Assembly (NCBI GenBank): GCA_030704615.1
Contig: CM060733.1
Location: 11,780,001-11,844,000, forward strand
Origin: Takakia lepidozioides
Taxonomy: Eukaryota; Plantae; Bryophyta
DNA length: 64,000 nucleotides
Direction: 5' to 3'
Below are positions 38,680-52,088 of this stretch, piece after piece (positions within the stretch are counted from its first letter, which is position 1; the number at the start of each line of letters is the position of its first letter). The notes under the pieces were generated by a model. That model searched no databases. It was not told the DNA's origin and was given only the letters and a program-made list of their open reading frames with translations. A program made the position numbers and the translations under genes.

Positions 38680-39250
38680 AAGCAAGGTTATCACAAACCT
38701 TAATCGATTGCGGAAGAGGACTCGACATCGCTCCAAGCACTTGACAATCAACAGCACAAACAAGCAATGGTTTGCTGAAATCTATGCGCATTTTAACAGG
38801 TAAAGAAACCCCCTGAGTTTTTATGAGCGGTGCTGAAACTTTAATGATCCAGAGAGGATCGACAAGCAATCCCAGCCTAAGGTAGATTGCCCGCCAAGGG
38901 AATAGGCCACCATGCTAAGGGAATTGAAGCACCGCCGCCGTTACGCATCCCAAGGGAGATGAGAAATGACTGGAATCTTGCCAGAGTACTTGTAAGCAAC
39001 CTTGAAGCGTCTCCATAGCCATCAAAATCATAAAATTCATGCTAAGAGATCCCTCTGACACCATCACTTCATCTCCCGTAGGAAAAAACGCACGAGTATC
39101 GTGCAAGTTTTATGGCAGGAGAGGAGATATGGCAAACCATCGTGATTTCATCCATGTCGGATGAAAAACAAGGAATGAAAGGTGAATATTCCCCTGTTGT
39201 CATCGCCATGCCATCCAGCAGGGACGACACCCAAAAATCGATGACCAGAA
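38680..39250 (-). pseudogene. Highly decayed second LINE ORF1 remnant
   Basis: VKMRIDFSKPLL resembles the ORF1 V.iD.skPL motif; frames are broken. Confidence 0.35.
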
Positions 39251-39537
39251 ACTGACATTCATTAGGGTTAGATATAAATTACCTTAATAATCCAAAAGAA
39301 CCAGGTAAAAAATGATAACCAGAATGAACATTTAATGGAATTCATCCATTATTAACTACATCCGGTATGGATGAAGATAGCAAAAAGTTAATTAGGGTTT
39401 AGTCAAAAATTACCTTAGTACCAAACCCTCAGGGTTATGGAATAGGTTAGAGGGTGCATGAAAACAAAACAAAAAAGGTGGGGGGGGGGGGGGGGGAACT
39501 GACCGAGCAGCTTTTTTTTTGTTTTTTTTTGTTTTTG

Positions 39538-39630
39538 TCTCTCTCTCTCTCTCTCTCTCTCCTCTCTCCTCTCTCTCTTCTCTCTCTCTCTCTCTCCTCT
39601 CTCTCTTCTCTCTCTCTCTCTCTCTCTCTC
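39538..39630. repeat. Imperfect (CT)n microsatellite
   Basis: About 90 bp of CT repeats; it generates spurious low-complexity ORFs. Confidence 0.95.
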
Positions 39631-41121
39631 ATGTTTTTCTTTCCATTTTGTCCCATAAGCTATATGAGCTTCCCGCGGACGTTATAACGCACCATTTCAT
39701 TTCTCTCTTCTCTCTCCCTCTGCCCTTGTCCCTCTCTCTCCCTTTGTTTTGTCACTCCCCACAAAAAGGAACAAAGGAGAGAGGGAGAGGGAGAGCGCCT
39801 AACTATGTGGCGCCGGCGCTGCTGCCTATGGCGCGTGTCCCCGCCGCCGGAAGGCCTCTCTCCCCCGCTCCCCCGCGCCTCTCTCTCTCTCTCTTGTGCT
39901 GCTGTTGCTCCCGCCTCTGCGTGGCTTTCCTACCACCCAGGGGACAGAGGTGTTAGCACCCTCTTAGGGTTTGGAGAGGAAGAGTGGAAGTGAGAGAACG
40001 AGGGAGCCTACCAACGGGGTTGGAGCGGGGTTAGAGCGGGGTTGGAGCGGCGTTGGACGTCTCCGCGTGGCGACCACCTCGCGCTCAAGAAGAGGTTAGT
40101 TTCTCCTCCAAACTCTCCCCTACACTCTCAGCCCTGTCCCTCCCAAAGCAGAAATGAAAACGGGGTGGAGAGGAGGTGCTTCAAGCACTTAGAAAAAAAA
40201 AGGGCGCGGCACTGATCTGCCACGCCCGGCCGTCGCATGTCGGCGCCCCGCCTTTTTTTTAAAATGTACATTGAAGCTTGCCACGCCCGGCTGTCGCCGC
40301 GTGCGACCCCCCGGCGCGGCAAGGTCAAAAAACTCGTCGCATGATGCGATGCTAGGTAGTGGCATGAAGCATGGCAGAGCGTCGCATGCCCAGGCTCCCC
40401 TTTGTATGCTGGGCAAGCAGGGGGGCACTTTTTGGGGTTTTGGGTTTAGGGCCTTTTGGGGTTCATAGGTTTTTTTTTTGGTTTTTTTTGTGTCGTGCCT
40501 TCTCAAGGCAGGACTACGGAAAGGGTTCAGCCACATGAATGAATTGTGTGCATTTGTTTTCTTTCCTAGGCCCTTGGGCAATGTTGGACTGGTCATTTTG
40601 GGATTTTCTTTTTTTCTTTATAGTATTTTTTTGATACTGGGTTCTGGAGTTTGAATTTTGCAGGGTCATTATGGCCTCCCGGCGTTGGGGCGTAGCGACC
40701 CCTTGCTGTCGTAGGGTGGAAAAGCGGCATAGGCTTTTTTTTGCCAACGAGTTTTGAGAAATGAAAGTGCTGGTTGTGTGTGTTAATTAGAATGCGACAG
40801 TGAGCAAACATCGACCCGTCTCCCTCGAGGATGGGGAGGCAGTACCACAGATGGAATGGGGCCTAATTCCAACCATATTTCGTGGCGAGGAGCGATCCGT
40901 TGCACCTGAGGATGGCAGACACGGTCGTAGGAGGGACCGGGCCTAAATTTTAGGTAATGCGGAGGATGTTGACACTCCGGGATCCAGTCGGGCGCGCCGC
41001 GGGTTGCCCCCTTGCGGACCACCCCGTGGTGAGAGCCCTGCTAGTCCAGATGCACAATGCCCACGCACATCCACCTTTGACCCCCCAGAGGATTGAGTGT
41101 TGGTGCACTAAGTGTTAGGCA

Positions 41122-41391
41122 ATGATACCGCCGGGCGGCAGTTCTTTTGGTCATCCTAGGAGAACCAATGTAATATGGGACGAGCGAAGCGATGGGCATG
41201 AGAGCTTTTGTGGTCATGCGTCGGTATATTGTGAAGGGATGCACATGTTTGTGATGACATGTGCTAGTAGGACTATTACTAAAGCTGGCAACGAACTATT
41301 TGCATCATACGAGTTCTCCCGGGATGATTGGGACCTCCGATTACAGCGTGAGTGGGATGTGTATGATAGAAATAAGGTTTCTTTGATATAA
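41122..41391 (+). pseudogene. Possible C-terminal half of a SET domain, upstream of the CACTA transposase
   Basis: GHPRRTNV...FVMTCASRTITKAGNELFASY resembles SET motifs NH..pN...A.RdI..GEEL..dY. Confidence 0.35.
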
Positions 41392-42407
41392 GGATCACGT
41401 AGAGGGGCATTGTAGATATATTCTCATGATGTACTTTGTATACATCTGATTAATCAATTGATGTAAATATTTTTTCTTGTTGCTCGTGTGGGTTGCGACT
41501 TTGCATATGTGATATGAACATACTTATGCACGTGTGGACCAAATATGAGCTTGAACCAAGTTCATTCAATGGGTCATTCAAGTGTTGAACGTAGCTACGT
41601 GTCGTAAAGACGAAAAATTGCATTTCGTCTGCACGTGATTTTTTTTATTCCATTCTGAAGCCATATGCTTAATGACAGCATATGCAATGTGTGTGCACAA
41701 TTTGGGAGTAAACAAAAGTCATTTCGACCCAGAACCATATTTTCTTCTCTCATTTGCACTCCAAAGTTGAGTTATCTTCAATTTCATATACTCTTCATAG
41801 AGAGTTTTGCAAAAATGACCCTAAAAACACACTTTTTTTTTGTCCGATTTTTTGCATGGATGTAGTGGTGCAAACCCCGATGTCACAGAACAAATTAGAG
41901 CCAAAAATAAAATCATTACGCCCCTCAAACCGCAATCCTATATTTTCCAAATGAAAATATTCATTTTAAATTCGATTTAATTCAAAATTGGTTCAAGGGT
42001 GAGTGCGTCGTTGGGGAGGTTTTTTTTTTTTTTTAATTTTTAATTTTTTAATTTTTTATCTGTTGAATCTTTGCACATGTGTTGCACACATATCCAAGCA
42101 CATGTGGGAAAAAATGAAGCTTGAGCCACATCCGTTTGATGGGTGCAATGGCATAAGAGGATTTTCCTTCACATTAATAAACAAAATTGGTTGATAGGGT
42201 GAATGCGTCCTTGGGGGGGGGGGCAAATGATTTTTTTTAGGTCTGAAACTTTGCATGCGTGACGTTGCGCACATACATGTAATTACTGAATGACATATTT
42301 GATGCATGCGCACATTGAAGGTTGTTGTTTACATTTCGCTTATGATAAGTTGTATGGTTGCAATGACACATTATAGTATATGCCCGTATGTTCATTTGTT
42401 CATATCA

Positions 42408-44205
42408 GGACTTTGTCCCCTGCCCCTACGATACTGAACAATGATGACGATGACAGTGACAGTGACAGCGACAACCATAATGATGATGGAATTAACCAGG
42501 AGGATGTGCAAGCCATGGATGATCTCTTAATGCATCATGTGGGCGCCGATGATCTGATGGAGAGGAAACCCGGCCAATCGATGATCCGGATATGGCCCCC
42601 TCAAATGACATGGAGAGGGAGGCGAGAACTCCCTTGTACGAAAGGGGCGAAAGTGAGTCGACTTTCATCAACAATCTTACTTTTGCTCAATCTTCAAATT
42701 CGATTTGGCATAAGTAATGTTGGGATTCTGTCATAATGCGAACTATTGCGGACTATATCCTTGCTCCACACTTGAAACCCAAGATGTCATGGTCGCAAAA
42801 AGAGGCGCAAGAAGTCTTGGACTCTGTGGGGATGGGCTATAAGATTTTTCATGTATGTCCATGTGATAAAACCCTATATTATGGAGATGATTTGCGTCTG
42901 ACCAAGTGTCCAAAGTGCAAGAAAGACCGATATCGGGATGATGTCCAAGGGAAAAAAGTACCACACAAGGTATAAGCGTCATTCCCCCTCGCATTGAAAT
43001 TATTTTCTTTAATCTTCTCAATGCATGTAAAGTGTATTCCACAAAGTTTAGGGTTTAGAGAGTAGTACTCATGCAAGATCTTATTGTGGCTTTGGAAAGA
43101 GTGAGTAATATTAGCGACGTTCTGGGTGATCATTATTTTCCTAATGAGGGAGAAGGTGCATAAAGGGAAAGACATTGAGGGTGTTGTATTATGTGTGCTA
43201 TTGGGATGATTACATGTGGGGGACGTGAGGTATTTCATCCTAGAAAAAACATTACTTTCCAATCATCCCGCAATTGAAAGCACGGTACTGAAGCCCCACA
43301 TTGGCTGTTCTGATGAGATGACACACCTCGCATCGGAGCCCCCCGTGAAAGGTGTGCGGGCCACAAGATTCAGAAGCATGGAGGCATACTGAAGAGATGC
43401 GGCCTTTTCTCTTGGAGGACCCACGACATGTCCACCTCGGCTTCTCCTCGGATGGGGTCAACCCGTACTCTGTCCAGCCATGTAGTCATTCCACGTGGCC
43501 GGTAACCATGGTGAACTACAACATCCCTCCATATCTTTCAATATATAAAGGCCATATCATGTTGGCTGCCATTGTACCAGGTGAGTGTTCCCATTTCATT
43601 CTTATTATTCCCTTAGACTTTACATTAATCTTCTGATCTCTGGCACAATTCGGATGCAAGATTGATGAGTGACCTAATCATGGAGTAAGACGTGTATTTC
43701 ATTATGTAGTATAATTTGCATATTGGTGGAGCATTGAAACAATGATGTGAATGTCTCATAGGGAAAAAAAAAAAAGTGGCAAACATGGACACGTACTTGC
43801 GACCTCTAGTTGATGAACTTAAGGAGCTATGGAGGGGGGTCTCGACATTAGATGCTTCACTTGACCCTCTGGCCGGACAATCTTTTCAGATGAGAACAAA
43901 CTTGCTTTGGACAATGCATGATTATCCAGATATATTATGTTCCCCATGAAGAACCCACGTACACACTTGTTAAGGCCGGATCCTCGATGAGGATTGGATT
44001 GATGAAGTAGCGGCGATAGTCTTAGTGCACCTTAGTTGGGTAGATGACATTATTGGTCATGCACATTATAACTTTTTGTCTTTGGCTAATGGCGGGATGT
44101 GTACAGGACAACGGTTTGTCTCGGCTAAGCACCAAAGTGGACCATGCATGCTTGCATTGTGCGATGATCTTGATTGCACATCTCCTGCCATCTCACAAGA
44201 TGTGT
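42408..44205 (+). mobile_element. CACTA/EnSpm transposase (Transposase_21) #1, intron-containing, truncated by Ty3 insertion
   Basis: FHVCPCD..LY...CPKC...RY, DSEAW, LGFSSDGVNPY...STWPV..VNYNIPP, MDTYLRPLVDELKELW, WTMHDYP, STK..HAC..C...HKMC, ending exactly at the LTR at 44206. Confidence 0.9.
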
Positions 44206-45806
44206 TGTCGCGCACCTCATTCGGTAAGCTCCCTTCAAGTCATAGTTACTCGCGCTTTGATGCGCGCGCCTGACTCCCAACCTGGCCGCCCGGGCCAACT
44301 TGGAGCTTCGGCTGCTCACCGGGACATAACGGTCCCCCTTCGTTCCCCTCTAAACCCTCCACCTATTTGGGACTAGGAGAATTCCCTTTGGTAGATGGCA
44401 GTCCGGAACAGCTCCCCACTCTTTGGTCGCTTTCCGGCTCGCTCGCTTACTCACTAGTTTTTGGTCACCAACGGGCTTGCACCGTTCTCGGGGTTACTAC
44501 TCCCCTATATATACTTCTGTAGCTGTCCGCGGGGGTTTCATAACCAGCCATGCCATTTTATGGCGAACCACCACGAAAACCCTCGACTCCCGGTGATGAG
44601 TCGCGGTGAGTCTTGGCCCACTCACCACGGCCCCTATGGACCGTGATGAGTCCCAAGACTCCCCACGACTCCCACCACGAGGTCTCCGCCCCCATGGTGA
44701 GTCCTATGCCACCCCCACTAAGTCCCGCTAAGCTACCACCACCCCTTGTGGAGCCACCCCCACCGCAACCCGGTGTGCGGGGCTCCACCTAGTGAGCGCC
44801 TCCGCCTCCTTGAGTGCCTTGGGCACTCAAGGGTGCTTCAGCCCCCCATACCTATCGCTATCGCTGCCGCTGCCCCACCACAGGGGCAGCCCCTCATGTG
44901 TCCCGACCCCCTGCCCTCAAGGCAAAGGGCCGCGACACACCCCCTACCAACAGGGAGTCGATGTCCTCATCGACTTGTCATTTTGTAGAAACGAACATCC
45001 AAGTTGTGGCGTCCCACATCAAGGAGTTTGTTTCCGTACCATGGCGTCCCATGGCAAAGAACCAAACCCCACACTTGACTCTACTCTCCACTAGCTAGTT
45101 CGGCCGACTTCCTCCAAGTCCCGGCCAAGGGTGGAGCCTCTCCAGCTCCTCCCAGTGCACTCTTCTTGGCCTACTTCAAGGCCAAGGAACGATCCTCCCC
45201 GAGGATCGAATCGCCTTACTGCAACAACATTGCTTGCGATCGCTCATGATGCCGCTTTTGGCATCACCTTGAGCAAGGGTTCCCTGGAACCCTCTTTGAC
45301 TAGGAAGATAACCTTGAACCAACCGTGCGCCCCAATCACTACAATTGGGTCCGCCTTGGAATGCTGGCCTGAGGTACGGGAACACGCCGAAGCCGCACTA
45401 CGACTTCGTCCCGAGGCTACACGATTATAGTACGTGAACGGAAGCACGTAGCTTCCGCGTTAGCCCGCACTACAAGGCAACCCCCTCGGTAGCGCAGTTA
45501 TAGTACGCGCACGCGCCAGGTGCGCACTAGCACGTGAACTCCCAAAGAAGGCGCAAGTTTCCTTGCCCCTTGGATGGGGGTCACCCGATTTCGGCACTAC
45601 GCAAACACACGATTAACCCAATTTACCTCTCCCACTTTTATAAGCTAGCATGCATTCTACACACTAGCCAACCATACCATGCATCACCATTCCAAACAAA
45701 ATAGGACGCACAACATTTGGAACCCATTTCCTTTATAACAAATTTTTGTACAATACAAGTTTTTGTAATCGGATTCCTAAGCTAGCTAAGCCGGGCTAAG
45801 CATGCA
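44206..45806 (-). repeat. 3' LTR of element A (about 1.6 kb, TG...CA)
   Basis: Starts TGCATG immediately after the PPT GTGGGGGAGGAAA (45819-45807) and ends ...GCGACA at 44206. Confidence 0.8.
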
Positions 45807-45840
45807 TTTCCTCCCCCACGCTCCAAGGTTGATGTCCCCA

Positions 45841-48800
45841 TCAACGCTTCTTCCGCTTTTGAGGTCGCCCTTCGAAAGCTGCAACCGCCTCGGATGCGTT
45901 TCCCATTTCTGAGGCACGCACCCAAGATGCCTCCACATGATGATAGCCCTTCCATTTGACGAGATACTCCGTTTCTCGGTTCTTGAACCTCCTCGACTTA
46001 AGTATTGCCTCCACCTCGTACTCAGGTTCATTTTCATGATCCAACAGCATAGGTGGCGGACGCAACACTTGATGCCGATTCGGACGCGCTTCATCTTTGA
46101 AGTAAGGCTTCAAAAGGAGACATGGAATACTGGGTGCACCTTGCTGTTTGCCGGCAGCTCCAATTCATACACATCCTCATTCATAACCTTCCGAATGCGA
46201 AAGGACCCGCATACGGAGGTACGAACTTCGGACTCACTTCCGGAGGTAGTCGGAAATTCTTGATGTTCAACCAGACCTCTGTGCCTGCCTCAAACTTCAC
46301 TTCCCTCCGCTTCCGATTCGCCTGCCTTTCATACCGTTTCCTAGCTTTGGCAATGTTGTACTTTGCGAGCTTCAACAAACGCTCGCGTTCTTCCAGTACC
46401 GCCGCTACTGCCGGTTCCTCAACGTCCTGGGCGGCCCAACTTGTCGGCACCAGAGGTGCTTTTCCATAGACCAATACGAAAGGGGAAACTCCCGTTGCGG
46501 AGTGTTCTGTGTTATTATAACAGAACTCTGCCGCGTCTAAGTGTTCCATCCAGTCTGATTGGTCTGCCGACACGTAATTCCGCAAGAATTGCTTCACTAC
46601 GGAATTCACTCTTTCCGTTTGGCCGTCCGTCGTAGGTCGGAAGGCGGTGCTCATCTTCAGCCTCGTCCCCATCTTCTTCCAAAGTGTCCTCCAAAATTTA
46701 CTCGTAAACTTTGGATCGCGATCCGAGACAATATCCTTCGGGACTCCATGACTCCATGATGCTTTAAGACGTGGGCGAAGTAAAGTCGCCCTGTCTCCTG
46801 CGCCGTTGCCGTCTCCTTGGTGGGGATGAAATGGCCCATTTTACTGAACCTATCCACCACCACCATGATTGCATCGAATCCTTTTGACAGCGGCATAGCA
46901 GTCATGAAATCCATCGAGACGCTTTCCCAAGTCCCCTCTGGAATCGGCAAGGGTTGTAACAGCCCCGCTTGCTTTTTGTACTCGCTCCGGTTTTGTTGGC
47001 ATGTGGTGCATGTCTTGACATACTCCTCTGCCTCCTCCCTCAGTTTGGGCCAGAAATACTCTTTCTTCAAGAGTGCCGCAGTGCGCTTGGCTCCGCCGTG
47101 GCCCGCAAGCGGGCTATCATGGCATTCTCTCAAGAGGCTATCTCTGATCCCTCCCTTTGGCACGTAGAGACGTTTTTGCTTATACCGGAGCAGTCCATTT
47201 TGCAAGTGGAACTGCGATTTAACCCCCATCCTCAAGTCCTGCATCACGGACTTCGCCAGCTCATCCTTCCGGCAAGCCTTCCGGATCTTCCTTTGGAGCG
47301 CCGTCTCGCCCTTGTACACCAACAAGAGCTGCTGCTTTCTACTTAAAGCATCGGCCACCACGTTGTCTCGTCCCGGTTTGTACTGGATATCCACGTCGAA
47401 CACCGCCAAAGTATCTTGCCACCTAAGTTGTTTTGGGGACAACTTGGGCTGCGTGGCAAAATACTTCACCGTGACATTGTCCGTGAACACCTTCACTGGG
47501 TTGGAACCAACATAGTGGCGCCAAAGCTCAAGACAGTGCACCACCGCCTTCATCTCTTTTTCGTGCGTCGGCCACCGTCGCTCCACTTCATTCAGTTTCT
47601 TACTTTCGTAAGCCACTGGACGTTCATCTTGCATAAGTACACCCCCAATCGCGAAGTCCGACGCATCTGTATGAATCTCAAATGGACGATCGAACTCCGG
47701 GATTTTCAAGACTGGAGCTTCCGCCATCCGCTGCTTCAATTCAGCAAAAGCTTGGCCACAAAATGTGTTCCATACCCAGACTTTGGATTTACACAGAAGG
47801 TCCGACAGCGGCCCCGCGATCTTGGCGAAATTTCTCACATACTTCCGGTAATAGGAGGCGAGTCCTAGGAAGGATCGCACTCCCGGGACCGAAGTCGGAG
47901 GCTCCCAGTCCAAGATCGCCCTCACCTTTCTGTCATCCATTTTGATCCCATCCTGTGTAATCACATGCCCCAAGAACTCCACTTTCGTGACCCCGAATTT
48001 GCATTTTGAAGCTTTGGCGTACAGCTTCCCTTCCCGCAACTTTTGGAACACCCTTTTGAGGTGCTCCAGGTGTTCCTCTTTTGTTTTCGAGTACACCAAG
48101 ATGTCGTCGATGTACACGATCACAAAGTCATCCAACCACTCCTGAAAAAGGCTGTTCATCAGCGTGCTAAAGGTCGCCGGTGCATTGGTGAGCCCAAAAG
48201 GCATCACCAAGAACTCATATGAACCATACCTTGTCCTGCACGCGGTCTTCTCCTCATCTCCTTCCGCCACCCGAATTTGATGATAGCCGAGCGCAAGTCG
48301 ATCCGGCTGAAATACTTCGCTCCTGCCAACCGGTCGAAAAGGTCGTCGATCCTTGGCAAAGGGTACCGGTTTTTAATAGTCACCTTATTCAAAGCCCTGT
48401 AATCGACACACATCCGCAGCGTCCCATCTTTCTTGTCTGCGAATAGCACCGGGGCTCCGTAAGGTGACTTACTCGGCCGGATGTACCCCTTTGACATTAG
48501 ATCCTTGAGCTGAGTCTTCAGCTCGACCAACTCTCTGTGGCTCAACCGGTAGGGCGCCTTGGCAGGCGGTTCCGATCCCGGTATCACCTCAATCTTGTGG
48601 TCAACTCCTCTTCGCGGTGGCAAGCCGCTTGGTAAATCCTCCGGCATCACATCCTGGTATTTCTCCAAAATCCCCTTGATCCAATCTGGGCTCGGCTCCC
48701 CATCGCCTTCTCCTTTCACTTCTCTAATGTAAAGCAAAAACTGGGACTCGTGTGCCTCCTCCACGGCCCACTCCTTTGCTGACAAAAGGTTTATTCGCCC

Positions 48801-50406
48801 TCCCACGGATTTGGGCGTTTCCGACACTCGTAAAACCTCGCCACCATTCCCACATGGCAGCGTGACTACTCTCTTGCGGCCATCTATGACCGCTCCGGAT
48901 TTGCTCAAAAAGGTCATCCCCAAAATGAGATCCACTCCATCGATCTCGCAGATAGTGAAGTTCTCACGTCCCTCCCAACTCCCCAGTTGAAGAGGAACAT
49001 CAAACGCCAACCTTGTCGCCAACTGAGGTTCTCCTTTGGCAGAGCGCACCTCAATAGAGGCCCCCACGTCACTTGTCGGGAGTCCCAACTTTCACGCCGC
49101 CGCCGGCGTCATGAAGGAGTGCGACGCTCCTGTGTCCACCAACAACGACAAGTTAGTTCCGGATATTATCCCATCCACGAACAATAACTGACTCCCTTTA
49201 CGCAGGGCGCCAGTTTCCTGATACAACTCACAAGAATAGTTGCCTACCTTGCAAGTCCTGGCGACCACCACTTCCACCAAGCGACTGATTGTATCTTCCG
49301 ACAGCTCCGTGGTTGCCCGAGTCATGTTCAATTGTCGAGGTTTTGTGCACTTCTTGGCTATGTGCCCGGGCTCCCCGCAATTGAAACACACTCCATCAAA
49401 GTTGCCTTCTGTCCGCCATAAGCCGCTCCACCCGCTTTTCCTTTCGAAGCACCGGGTGCCGCCTTGACGTGTGAAGGCCATCCCTTCGATTTCCACGTGC
49501 CATTATCGCCGCGTGGCCTATCCCACTTCTTTTCCGGTCGGAAGGAGTCACCTTCCCGCCGGGTCTTCTTGTGGTTCAGCTCCGTACGGCCTTGTCTCTC
49601 ACCCCTAGGGACATCCGAGAAACATTCAGCCCTCTCAATTGCCTCGTTCAAAGTCTTGGGTGGCTTCTCCTCCAACTTCCGCCTGGCCCATGGGGCCAGT
49701 CCCGCCACAAAGTTGAAGACCATTTCTGGTTCTGCCATGTCCGCGACTTCGAGCAACAGCACATTGAAAGCCTGGACATACCCCCGAATGTCATCTGTTT
49801 GCTTCAAATTCCTCATCTTGTCCCGGGCAAGCCAGGACGCGTTAAGGGGCACAAACTGTCTCTTCATCAATTCCTTAAACCCACTCCAGTTCAAGGTTTC
49901 CGGACTTGGACCTCGGTCGTGAAGGCGTTTCTGCCACCATTGTTGAGCATAGCCCCTCAAATAGGTGGGAGCCACTTCCACCCGATCCTCGTCACTCAAC
50001 TTGGCCGCCCGGAAGTACTGCTCTAGCTCCAAGAGCCAGGTGTTGAGTGCCTTCCGATTTCGGACGCCCTCGAAGGTGCCGGGTTCCTTAGGCTTCACCT
50101 TAAACTTTGCCTTAGCGGAAGTGGCATTAGCCGCCTTCAACACGTCTTTCAACGTCCCGCCAAACTGCGCCAACAACCCTTCCAAAAGGCTGCCGGCATG
50201 GGAGGCATCTCTTGGTTTGTCGGAGCTCTGAAGGATTCCTCGGGCTCCGACTCCTCGGATTCCTCCCGCTCTTGGGCGGCCTCGTTTTCGGAAACATGAA
50301 TCGCTTCCTCAAACGGCCGCCTCGGTGACACGCCGCCCCCATCGGGCTCACCGGGATCATCATCTTTTGGGCCGTTCCGCTTTCGCTTCGGCTTGCCCGA
50401 CCCCAT
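45841..50406 (-). pseudogene. gag-pol of element A (Gag, CCHC knuckle, protease, RT, RNase H, integrase, chromodomain)
   Basis: CFNCGEPGHIAKKC; LLVDTGASHSF; YRALNK, YIDDILVYS; TDASDFAIG; H..H..C..C; TDGQTERVN; GPF; EYEVEAIL...EYLVKWKGY...SW. Five frameshifts and one stop. Confidence 0.95.
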
Positions 50407-50447
50407 GATGAGGCCAATCCCAAGGACGATCGCGTACTGAACTCTAA

Positions 50448-50459
50448 GCTCTGATACCA
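50448..50459 (-). promoter_or_regulatory. Primer binding site (tRNA-iMet) of element A
   Basis: TGGTATCAGAGC, 2 nt after the CA end of the 5' LTR (50462). Confidence 0.92.
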
Positions 50460-50907
50460 AGTGTCGCACACCTCAATTCGGTAAGCTCCATAGTTACTCG
50501 CTTTGATGCGCGCGCCTGACTCCCAACCTGGCCGCCTGGGCCAACATGGAGCTTCGGCTGCTCACCGGGACATAACGGTCCCCCTTCGTTCCCCTCTAAA
50601 CCCTCCACCTATTTGGGACTAGGAGAATCCCCTTTGGTAGATGGCAGTCCGGAACAGCTCCCCACTCTTTGGTCGCTTTCCGGCTCGCTCGCTTACTCAC
50701 TAGTTTTTGGTCACCAACGGGCTTGCACCGTTCTCGGGGTTACTACTCCCCTATATATACTTATGTAGCTGTCCGCGGGGGTTTCATAACCAGCCATGCC
50801 ATTTTATGGCGAACCACCACGAAAACCCTCGACTCCCGGTGATGAGTCGCGGTGAGTCTTGGCCCACTCACCACGGCCCATATGGACCGTGCTGAGTCCC
50901 AAGACTC

Positions 50908-52031
50908 GCAGGGGAAACTTATTGCTGATCTGAAGGCTACTCTCCGTCGCAATGAGGATACTTTCCAACAGTACAAACTTGACATGGCGGAGGACTATGC
51001 ACTCCAGATGGCAGAGAAGAAACGACGGGGATCTCTTATGCCTGAGAGGTTACCTCGTTATCAACAACAGGAGGGTCAGACATTTCCATTTGGTGCTCAA
51101 TCGCCTCCATCAGCAAGTGACAGGGCTCGAGCTCGCACACAGAGCCCTTCAAGAGACTCTCACCGACAAAAGGGTGTTCGTTCACAAAGGGTTGCTGTTC
51201 CTAAACAGTAAACCGTGAAGACAAGGCTTTTTGAGAGGGGGAGGGGTAATGTTAGAAGGCTGTCTGGGACTTAGACACTTTTATGGGTTTTGTGGGGTAC
51301 CCTTAATTTTTGCGCAGACTTACGGATGGTAGACTTAGACCAACAGAAGCCTTAAGGGTGACAGGCGCAGGCTTTAGGAGGGGCGGGGGGGGGGGGGGGG
51401 TAGACAGGCTTACACAGCCAGTCACAGCCCGACACAGCCTCACACAGCCAGTCACAGCCCATCACAGTCTATCACAGCTCGACACAGTCCGACACAGCCA
51501 GCCACAGCTTGGCACAGTCACAGCCCAACAGAGTTTGGCACAGCCCGTCACAGCGTATATAGGAACGGTTATCATTGGCAGGGAACGACTGTGTGGGAAC
51601 GACATCTGCAGAGGGAACGTGTTTACTTCTTAGGTGACAGTTAGTTAGTTAGGCGGTTAGAACAGCTTGTAGATAAAATAGGTAGAGCAAGCATCATAGG
51701 GGAGTTAACGGGGGCACTTCTTGGACATTCGCGGGAGGAGAAGGGGCAGAGAGCAAGAACGGGAGCAAGGATGGTGAGCACGGTGAAGGAGGAGAGATGA
51801 ACAGTAGATGCTTATTACATGCAAAGCTGTAGTGATACTGTAGAGCAAATTAAAGACACAATCGCTTCGGGCTGATACCTGATAAATCTTAATCTGATAC
51901 TTATTCGAAACAATCACACTGTGTAGAGAGACATGAATGAAGCTGCGGAATGAATAGATGAGTGAATGAAACCTGGTAGATACTGAAGCAATCTGATGCT
52001 TCAGTATACACAGTAAGGTAATTTGCTAACA
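50908..52031 (+). mobile_element. 3' remnant of a second LTR retrotransposon (element B): ORF tail, PPT, 782-bp LTR
   Basis: GAAGACAAGGC-TTTT-GAGAGGGGGAGGGG PPT (about 51232-51246), then TGTTAG (51250) ... CTAACA (52031). The LTR carries about 10-bp CACAG tandem repeats (51409-51555). Confidence 0.75.
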
Positions 52032-52088
52032 TGAAGGCAAGAAGGAATACAAATAGGAAGCACAACCATGATTCACTAGCTGTAGGTC

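Larger units (their letters stand above)
44206..50907 (-). mobile_element. Ty3/gypsy chromovirus LTR retrotransposon (element A), 5' LTR truncated
   Basis: gag-pol with chromodomain, PBS, PPT, and LTR homology between 44206-44660 and 50462-50907. Confidence 0.96.

Noticed and set aside
39447-39993. Ser/Leu- and Arg/Glu-rich ORFs
   Set aside because: Translations of the (CT)n microsatellite.
49358-49496. Programmed gag-pol ribosomal frameshift
   Set aside because: The shift falls before the Gag zinc knuckle, has no clear slippery heptamer, and is explained by a missing G.
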